This document shows positions 56,819 to 64,000 of a DNA stretch of 64,000 nucleotides, piece by piece. A model generated the notes under the pieces. That model saw nothing but the letters and a program-made list of their open reading frames with translations. It had not been told where the DNA came from and searched no databases. Position 1 is the first letter of the stretch. Each line of letters starts with the position of its first letter. Made by a program: the position numbers and the translations under genes. The stretch lies in contig CAWJNV010000002.1 in NCBI GenBank assembly GCA_963844325.1, positions 3,897,824 through 3,961,823 of the forward strand, read 5' to 3'. The DNA is from an uncultured Sphingobacteriales bacterium (GTDB lineage: Bacteria > Bacteroidota > Bacteroidia > Cytophagales > 172606-1).

Positions 56819-57127
56819 ATGTTCATTAACTCCGGCAGGCAATCCATGATCAAGGCATCTCAGGCAGAAAAAATTCAGACAAAACACATCATTGAGCGCA
56901 TCACTGACCACATTCCGACGTCGGGATACGTACAAGCCGTACAGGCGGTACTCTCCAAGCGGGGCATCGTAAAGCCCGGCAGCGGCGAACCGTACGGACC
57001 CGAACAGATCCGCAACACGCGCAATTTGAGGGCGTACCATTTGCCGGTCGCCAGGATTTTTGAGGAACTCTATGACCCGGCCAACGGCCAGAAGCCGGCC
57101 GGGGAGCCGCCGCGGCAACCGTCGTGA
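56819..57127 (+). CDS. Hypothetical small protein divergent from the XRE regulator
   Basis: 102-aa ORF in the low-GC islet. No motif recognised. Confidence 0.3.
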   Translation: MFINSGRQSMIKASQAEKIQTKHIIERITDHIPTSGYVQAVQAVLSKRGIVKPGSGEPYGPEQIRNTRNLRAYHLPVARIFEELYDPANGQKPAGEPPRQPS

Positions 57128-57721
57128 CCCGCCGGGGCGGCCCCTGAAACTGGGGGCAACCGTCGTTAAAACGGCAAGGGCAGGGACCGGGCTTACCATC
57201 CCGTCGCCAAAAAAAGGGACTGTTTGGATTTAAAAATACGCCGGGCGTTCGTTTTTCCGAATCCGCTTAATGTGGGTTCTCCGTATGTAGGGCGTATTTA
57301 ACGAATCGGTCCGTGAGCCCCGGTCTTATGGGCTGGCGGTCAGCGGCTTGCTCCCTTGAATGCGTAACGCTGAGTGCGTAGCGGTGTTAACCGGCCGGTT
57401 TGCAACAAATTTTTGACCAGCCGGAGTCCCCGAAAGGATTTTTTCCCATGCGTAATTACAATTCCGTCAGTGGCCGCCCCCGGGCAGGCCCCTGCTTGTG
57501 CAACCTTAACTTAACTTCTCCCGATGATGCTGGCTGTTACCATCAACATGAGCATTCCTGAATACAATAGTATGAAGGAAGCCATTGGCCGTTTTTCGGA
57601 GCCCGTGCGTTACAAAGACGTGCTGGTCACGGACATGGCCGCCACGGTTACCCTCTACGTGTCGCGCCCCGCCGTCCTCTTCCAACTCGCCCTGACCATG
57701 GATAAGGTGAGGAGGAAGTAG

Positions 57722-57925
57722 GGAATGAAGGAGTTGGGGAGTTTAGGAGTTAGGGAGTTTGAGCGTTGGAGGGTTGGAGAAATTGAGCGTTGGGTAAATA
57801 CACATTCATAAAAACACCAGTGCGTAAAAGTGTGTCCAGAATTTCTCTTTTGCGCAGAAATTCCAACTCCCTTTCAACGCTCAAATTCCCTAACTCCATA
57901 ACTCCCAAACTCTCTAACTCCCTAC
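57722..57925. repeat. 8-bp-word palindrome (nnnttgga / tccaannn)
   Basis: gaatgaaggagttggggagtttaggagttagggagtttgagcgttggagggttggagaaattgagcgttggg ... ttccaactccctttcaacgctcaaattccctaactccataactcccaaactctctaactccc. Confidence 0.75.
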
Positions 57926-60608
57926 AGCCTCGGGTCGAGGGGTTCGCTTTCGAGGGCCAGGACGGCAAAGACGCATTCGTGCACGTGGCGGAGGGGCGCC
58001 CCGCCCACGAAGCGTTCGAGGGCTTCCAGGCCCAGGGCGAACTCGCGCAGGGCCAGCGACCGCTTGGCCCCCAGGCCCCGTTGCCGGAGCCGCTCCAGGT
58101 TGGCCGGGGCGTCGTATTCGGGGCCGTAGATGATGCGCAGGTATTCGGGGCCGCGGCACTTGACGGCCGGCTGCACGAGGCCCTTGCTCCCCCGGGTCAC
58201 GTAATCCAGGGGTTTTACCACCATGCCCTCGCCGCCCTTGCCGGTCAGGCCGAGCCACCACTCGATGGCAGCGGCCCGCTGGTCGTCGCGGGAGAGGTCT
58301 ACCACGCGGTAGGGCGTAGCCACCAGCCACTGCGGGTCGGCGGCGCAGACCTCGCGGATGCTGTCCAGGTGCCACCCGTGGTCCTTGTCGGCGTGCACGG
58401 CCCCTTCGGTCGCCAGGAGGTGGAAGGGCGCCAGGCGGTAGTCGTCCAGCGAATGCACCGGCCAGCAGTACCGCCGGTAGGCTTCCGTGAAACGCTCCGC
58501 CATCCCTTGCCGGGCCGCGTACGCATCGAGCAGCCCGTCTACGGCCAACCCCCGCGACCGGGCGGCGCTTGAGGGCGTCGAGCACGGCCGGCAGGGCGGC
58601 CCGGGAAGCGGCACCCACGGCGGCGTACTGGTTTTGCAGCAGTGCCTGCGCCTTGGCCGACCACGGCATCAGCTCGGTGTCGAGGCACACCCAGTCGGTG
58701 TTGAACTTTCTCCCAGAAGCCCGAACCGGTGAGGGCGGCGCGGACCCGTTCGAGGAAGGCGTTTTCCAGTGCCCCGTCGTTGAAGAAGGGGCGGCCGGTG
58801 CGGGTGTAGCACACGCCGGTTTCCCGCGCCGACCCGAACCGGCGCAGGGCCGCCGCTTCGTCGCGGCACACCACCACGACCGCCCGGGAACCCATGTGTT
58901 TTTCCTGGCATACCACCGTGCGCACGCCCACCGAGGCGTAGTGCGCCAGGGCTTCGGCCGGGTGTTCGAGGTAGCCCGGCAGCTTGCTGGTCTCCGACGG
59001 CGACATGGTGGGCGGCAGGTAGATCAGCCACTTGGGGTCCACGGCGAAGCGGCTCATCACCTCCAGGGCCGCCGACGCGTTTTCCGCCCGCACCGAGACG
59101 TTGTTGGCCAGCCGGGTGACCACGATGCGCTTGCCCAGCACCTCGTCGATGTCGAGCAACGCGTCGCTCTGCTGCTGCGCCGACGGGGCGTCGGCCCGTT
59201 CGTCGGGCTGGCGCAGGGGCCGCGCCGGTTCGTAGTACACCCGGCCGGCGGGCACGCTCACCAGTTCCCGCTCGGGATACCGCAGGGCCGTCAGTTCGCC
59301 CCCGAACACGCAGCCCGTGTCGATGTCGATGGTGTTGTTGAGCCATTCGGGCTCGGGTACCGGCGTGTGGCCGTACACCACCATTGCCTTGCCCCGGTAG
59401 TCGGCGGCCCAGTTGTAGCGGACGGGCAGGCCAAACTCGTCGGTCTCGCCGGTGGTTTCGCCGAAGAGGCAAACGACCGCACCGCCCCCGAGCCGCGGCC
59501 CTGCATTTCTTCTTTCAGCCCGGCGTGGGCCACCACCAGCCGGCCCCCGTCGAGCACGTAGTGGCTCACCAGCCCGTCGATGAATTGCCGTACTTGTGCC
59601 AGAAAAGCATCCGGCTCCCCGGCCAGTTGTTCCATCGTCTGGGCCAGGCCGTGCTTGATCTGCACGTTTTTGCCCCACAGTTTGCGCAGGAGCTTTATCG
59701 TCGTGGTTGCCGGGCACGCACAGGGCCGTGCCGGCGCGGACCATGCCCATCACCAGCCTGAGCACGGCCGGCGAGTCGGGTCCGCGGTCCACGAGGTCGC
59801 CCACGAACACGGCCGTGCGGCCCGGCGGGGGCACTACTTCGGTTTCGCCCGGAGCCCCGCCGGCCGGCCGTACTTCGTAGCCCAGCTTTTCGAGCAGCTG
59901 GGCCAGTTCGGCGTAGCAGCCGTGCACGTCGCCGATGATGTCGAAGGGGCCCGTGCGGTGGCGGAGGTTGTTGTAGAGGGGCTGCCGTTCGATGCCCGCC
60001 ACGGCGTCCACTTCTTCCGCGGAACGCAGCACGTGCACGTGGCGGAAGCCTTCCCGCTTGAGGTCGGGCAGGGAGCGGCGCAACTGGCTGCGGTGCTGGG
60101 CAATCACGTGGCGGCCGAAGTTGCGGTCGGGGCGGGCCTGGTTGCGGTCCTGGCACAGCCGTTCGGGCACGTCGAGCACAATGGCCACGGGCAGGCAGTG
60201 GAATTCGCGGGCCAGCTGCACGAGCGGCTTGCGGCTTTCGGGCTGCACGTTGGTGGCGTCCACGACGGTGAGCAGGCCGCGTTTGAGCCGCTTGCGGACG
60301 ATGAAGTGCAGCAGTTCGAAGGCGTCGCCGCTGGCGGACTGGTTGTTTTCGTCGTCCGACACCACGCCGCGGCAGGCGTCCGACGACACGATTTCGGTGG
60401 GCTTGAAGTGCCGGCGGGCAAACGTCGATTTACCCGAACCGGACGCCCCGATCAGCACCACCAGCGACAATTCGGGAATTTGTAGGGTCATATTGGTTTT
60501 GTTTAAGGAGTGAGAAGCGAGGAGCGAGAAGTGAGGAGTGAAAAGGCGGAGCACGAACTTGTACTGGGCTAACGGGTAAAGTACGTCTCCATTCTTCTCG
60601 CTTCTCAC
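57922..60608 (-). pseudogene. pnkp: Polynucleotide kinase-phosphatase/ligase Pnkp (RNA repair), disrupted by at least four frameshifts
   Basis: N-terminal kinase MTLQIPELSLVVLIGASGSGKSTFARRHF; phosphatase FDIIGDVHGCYAEL...ALCVPGNHDDK; C-terminal ligase-like region. The reading frame switches near 59697, 59480, 58700 and 58590; tracks 58539..60608, 59291..59665, 57914..58690 and 57922..58614 each carry part of the protein. Confidence 0.75.
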
Positions 60609-62026
60609 TCCTCGCTTCTCGCTCCTTTTTCAAACACTGCCATTTGCGACGGGGCGCCGGCATCGGGCGATTCGGGGCCGACGGGGTGGAAGCGGACCGA
60701 GTAGCCGTAGGTGCCGGCGATCTGGCCGCCCCAGGCTTCGAACTCGGCGCGGGTCCACTCGAACCGGTGGTCGGCGTGGCGGAAGGCGCCGGCCGACAGG
60801 GATTCGTAGAGCCGGTTGTACTCGGCGTTGGGCGTAGTGACCACCACTGTGCCCGGCCGGGCGTGGCCGAACACCACCCCTCCGAAGGCTTCCAGCCGTC
60901 CCGGGTCAAGGTGTTCGATCACTTCCACCACCGCCGCCGCGTCGTAGCCCATCAGGCGCTTGTCGCGGTACACCACCGACCCCTGCATGAGCGTAATGCG
61001 TTGCCGTTCGCGTTCGGGCAGGCGGTCGAAGTTGAGCTTGTCGCGGGCCATCTCCAGGGAGCGGGGCGACACGTCCATGCCCAGGATCGTTTGGAACTGT
61101 TTTTCGCGGAGCAACAGCCGCAGCAGTTTCCCTTCGCCGCAGCCCAGGTCGAGCACCCGGGTGGCGCCCGAGGCTTTGAGTTGTTCGAAGGCCGACTCCA
61201 GGCGCAACAGGTGCAGCGACTGCCGTTGGGCAACCACTTCGGCGGGTACCTCGTCGGGGTCGTCGGCTTCCGGGTCGCCGGCCTCCAGCAGCGAGAAGGC
61301 CTGCCGGGTGAGGGCGCCCAGGTTTTTGAGGTAGCGCCGCGTGATCTGTTCCCGTTCCGGGTGCGTTTGCAGCCAGCCTTCCCCCTTTGCCAGCAGCTTT
61401 TCCACCTCGTGTTCGCCGATCCAGTAGTGCTTGTCGTTGTCGAGCACCGGGATGAGCACGTAGAGGTGGGCCAGCAGGTCGCGGAGGCGCCGCCGCCCGG
61501 AGAGGGTCACCGTGAAGTAGCGGCTCGGGCCCCAGTCGGGAAACGTTTCGTCGAGCGGGTAGCCCTGCGCGTCTACGGCGTAGCCCAGCGGCTCGAACAG
61601 GCGCCGCAGCAGCCCTTCGCCGCCCCGTACGGGCAGCACCGACAGCGTCACCGTGAAGGGCAAGGGCGTGTCCACCAGTTCGGGCCGGTCCTTGCAGGTG
61701 CCGTTCATGGCCGTGGCAAAAGCTTTGGCGAGGGCCACTGCCAGGAACGACGAGGCCACGTACGGCCGGTCGTTGACGTAGTGTTCGAGGGCGAAGTTGT
61801 CGCCGGCGGGGCCTTTGGCGTTGCGCACCAGCCCGACCGGGTCAATGTCGAGCAGCAGGGCCACCGTGCAGCGTTCCGCGGAGGCTTCCGGGTAGAAAAT
61901 GTGCGCCTGGCCCGCCGAAAGCTCCACCGACTGCACCCTTGCCGGGTTCTTGTGCAGCAGGTAGCCCAGGTCGGTGGCGGGGGTATGGGTAGTAGTGATG
62001 GTGAGGAGCATGGGGTAAAGGGTCAA
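60605..62026 (-). CDS. hen1: Hen1 3'-terminal RNA ribose 2'-O-methyltransferase (bacterial Pnkp partner)
   Basis: 473 aa. The C-terminal MTase has RVLDLGCGEGKLL (SAM motif I) and VVEVIEHLDP. An N-terminal Hen1-specific domain is present. The 4-bp start/stop overlap with pnkp is typical of the pnkp-hen1 operon. Confidence 0.8.
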   Translation of the reverse strand: MTLYPMLLTITTTHTPATDLGYLLHKNPARVQSVELSAGQAHIFYPEASAERCTVALLLDIDPVGLVRNAKGPAGDNFALEHYVNDRPYVASSFLAVALAKAFATAMNGTCKDRPELVDTPLPFTVTLSVLPVRGGEGLLRRLFEPLGYAVDAQGYPLDETFPDWGPSRYFTVTLSGRRRLRDLLAHLYVLIPVLDNDKHYWIGEHEVEKLLAKGEGWLQTHPEREQITRRYLKNLGALTRQAFSLLEAGDPEADDPDEVPAEVVAQRQSLHLLRLESAFEQLKASGATRVLDLGCGEGKLLRLLLREKQFQTILGMDVSPRSLEMARDKLNFDRLPERERQRITLMQGSVVYRDKRLMGYDAAAVVEVIEHLDPGRLEAFGGVVFGHARPGTVVVTTPNAEYNRLYESLSAGAFRHADHRFEWTRAEFEAWGGQIAGTYGYSVRFHPVGPESPDAGAPSQMAVFEKGARSEE

Positions 62027-62135
62027 TAGTCATTGGTACATTGGTCATTGGTTGATTGGTCACGGGTCAATAGTCATCCGGATGCGTTGACTTACGCGTA
62101 CCCAATGACTAATGCACCAATGACCAATGACCGTC
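62027..62135. repeat. 8-bp-word palindrome (gtcattgg / ccaatgac)
   Basis: gggtcaatagtcattggtacattggtcattggttgattggtcac ... gtacccaatgactaatgcaccaatgaccaatgacc. Confidence 0.75.
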
Positions 62136-62930
62136 CTAATTGAGCAGCAACTGCCGGCCTTCGGTTTCGCCGGGGGAATGGGTGATCAGGTTGAGGATCA
62201 TTTCGCGGTAGCCGGCGATGGGCAGTTCCACCTCGCGGTGCAAGGTACGGCGCAGCACCTGGGTTTCGGTGTTGCGCACCGGGTCGAAGCCTTTGCGCTG
62301 GGCCATCTTCCAGTAGAAGCCCATGCCCCGTTTCTGCCAGGCGGGCAGGTCGTTGTAGTTGATGCCCAGGCTGAAGAGCAGTTCGTTCTTTTCGCTCACC
62401 GACAGCTTGTAGATGCGTTCCGAGGCTTCGCGCAGCGAGAGGCCCCGTTCGCGGAGCTTCCAGTAGCAGTAGGCGCTCAGGGCATTGCGGTTGGCGTCTT
62501 CGGCCCGCCAGCTGAAGTAGTCGGCCACCACCTTTTCGGTGGGCAGCACCGACAGCCGGGCGTCGAAGGCGCCGATGTGGCCCAGGGCGTGCGTAAAGGC
62601 GGCGCTGGCTTCACCGGCCAGGACTGAGAGCAGCTTGCGGTGCAGGCGGTTGAACGAGGCGTCGTCGCGGTGGAAGAGCAGGGAGATTTCGTCGCTCTGC
62701 GTGTAGCCGTAGGTGAAGTTGAAGCCGCTCTGCATGAGGTGTTCGGTGGCGGCACTCATGGCTTCGCGGAACCGGAAGTCGAAAGGTTTTTCCAGGTACA
62801 GGGTTTCTTTGGTCAGCTTGGTAAAGCCCCGGCCGTCGAGGCGGGCCACGATGTAAAACCCGGGCGGTACCGACTGGTCGGCGGCCGTTTCGTAGAGCCG
62901 CATCTTCTCGTCCAGTTGCGAAAATTTCAT
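62136..62930 (-). CDS. Thg1-like protein (tRNA-His guanylyltransferase family, 3'-5' nucleotidyltransferase)
   Basis: MKFSQLDEKMRLYETAADQSVPPGFYIVARLDGRGFTKLTKE...YGYTQSDEISLLF has the Thg1 N-terminal catalytic Asp/Glu pattern. The upstream in-frame extension to 63200 is non-protein-like. Confidence 0.75.
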   Translation of the reverse strand: MKFSQLDEKMRLYETAADQSVPPGFYIVARLDGRGFTKLTKETLYLEKPFDFRFREAMSAATEHLMQSGFNFTYGYTQSDEISLLFHRDDASFNRLHRKLLSVLAGEASAAFTHALGHIGAFDARLSVLPTEKVVADYFSWRAEDANRNALSAYCYWKLRERGLSLREASERIYKLSVSEKNELLFSLGINYNDLPAWQKRGMGFYWKMAQRKGFDPVRNTETQVLRRTLHREVELPIAGYREMILNLITHSPGETEGRQLLLN

Positions 62931-63438
62931 ATAGCTAGTATTTTGAGTCAGTTGAGACATGGGTTGAGGACATGGGTTGGTACAAGTACCGGAAACAGGC
63001 ATTACGGGCAGCCACAGCAAGGGCAACCCGGCAAGCAGGGTCGGGCGGACGGGCCATTGGGGTCCTTTTCGCCCTTTTTGCCACCAAGACACTACGGCAC
63101 GAAGGAGCACCAGGAGAAACCCCTGCGCGTACCGGCACCACAAGCCGGGTGCGGCCGGAACAGCGGTCAGACAAACTCCCGGGGCGGCGGATGATTGCAT
63201 AAATAATCTTTAGGAATCTTCAGGAAAAACGGGCAACAGCGTGCCGGGCAAAAACACATAACGGACGAAATGCCGGATACGGGATAGCCGGTCCGGAGAA
63301 AGTATTTTACTGCTTTGGTTTAGAAGTCGGTTTCACGAAAAAGAGGGTTTCACGAAAAAGTGGGTTTCACGCAAAGACGCAAAGGAAGACCGCAAAGGGC
63401 GCAAAGAAGGAGCCCTAACTGCCGCATTCTCTTTCTTG

Positions 63439-63742
63439 CGTCGCAAAGGGCCGCGTCGCGGGAAAGGGTCGCGTCGCGGCTCCCCTCCTCGGAGGGGTTA
63501 GGGGGTGGGTTTACCTCCATGCGACGAGCTATATAGGGATCACCGCATTGCGTTGATCTCCCTCACACCACTGCTAAACTTTCTGCGAATTCTCCCTTCT
63601 GCGGAATTCCCATTGTGGTGATCCCCAGATCACGCGGGGCATGGAAGTAAACCCACCCCCTAACCCCTCCGAGGAGGGGAGCCGCGACGCGACCCTTTCC
63701 CGCGACGCGACCCTTTCCCGCCATGCGGCCCTTTTGCGACGC
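63439..63742. repeat. Large inverted repeat (~75-bp arms, ~130-bp centre), MITE-like
   Basis: gcgtcgcaaagggccgcgtcgcgggaaagggtcgcgtcgcggctcccctcctcggaggggttagggggtgggtttac is the reverse complement of gtaaacccaccccctaacccctccgaggaggggagccgcgacgcgaccctttcccgcgacgcgaccctttcccgcc...gcgacgc. Confidence 0.75.
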
Positions 63743-63755
63743 AAGGAAAAGTAGC

Positions 63756-63906
63756 GTGCTATACTAAGGTGCAAGACCTCACCCCCGGCCCCTCTCCCAA
63801 GGAGAGGGGAGAATAACCTGTTTTATAATAACCTGTTTGACAAATATTTATGTCTCCCCTCTCCTTGGGAGAGGGGCCGGGGGTGAGGTCTTGCACCTTA
63901 GTATGG
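63756..63906. repeat. Nested palindrome of the cccctctcc/ggagagggg family (intact copy of the 45795-46140 element)
   Basis: tatactaaggtgcaagacctcacccccggcccctctccc aaggagaggggaga ...loop... tctcccctctcc ttgggagaggggccgggggtgaggtcttgcaccttagtat. Confidence 0.75.
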
Positions 63907-64000
63907 TGCCGTGCCCATATGACGCTTTGTTACTTTGGTCTTCTTCACTTTGTGCCCTTTTCCGCGTCAGCCTCCTTCCCGATCCTCCTCCGGTCTGCCG

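Noticed and set aside
57790-58572. 260-aa + strand ORF
   Set aside because: It is antisense to the pnkp ligase region and overlaps the word-palindrome. No motifs recognised.
62931-63200. N-terminal extension of the Thg1-like ORF to 63200
   Set aside because: The extended peptide (MQSSAAPGVCLTAVPAAPGLWCRY...) is non-protein-like. The canonical Thg1 N-terminus begins at MKFSQLDEKM (62930).

Overview
This is a high-GC window with Bacteroidetes/Cytophagia-like features: T9SS C-terminal sorting domains, small REP-like palindromes, and no obvious Shine-Dalgarno usage. All protein calls rest on motif-level recognition of the supplied translations only; no database search was possible.

Content from 5' to 3':
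- A partial SGNH hydrolase gene and a sugar-binding lipoprotein gene.
- A gene encoding nine tandem helicase-associated (HA) domains with no helicase.
- A large molybdenum-cofactor and molybdate-uptake island: moeA, moaC, a mobB-like/mobA fusion, moaE, moaD, moaA, moeB/moeZ and modCBA. A Uma2 nuclease gene and a lower-GC set of hypothetical genes are inserted in it.
- A divergent J-domain/PspA gene pair, and a PQQ-type sugar dehydrogenase with PA14 and T9SS sorting domains.
- A minus-strand operon of an NfeD/YqiJ-like membrane protein, a flotillin (SPFH) protein and a 1666-aa P-loop/AAA+ ATPase. A REP-flanked IS200-like tyrosine transposase (RAYT) sits inside it. This operon is the best candidate for an undescribed system.
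- rlmD and a T9SS type-B adhesin gene.
- Oxidoreductase, AraC, cupin and membrane-protein genes.
- A signalling cluster: a GAF-PP2C phosphatase, two sensor histidine kinases and two stand-alone receiver proteins.
- An M20 amidohydrolase gene.
- A low-GC islet with an XRE regulator gene.
- An RNA-repair cluster of a Thg1-like protein, Hen1 and Pnkp. The pnkp gene carries several frameshifts and looks like a pseudogene.

The most striking non-coding signal is a pervasive set of intergenic palindromes and arrays built from tandem 8-bp words. There are at least 18 such loci. Each locus uses its own 8-mer word. Some loci share a unique core sequence, and some supply the stop codons of both flanking convergent genes.
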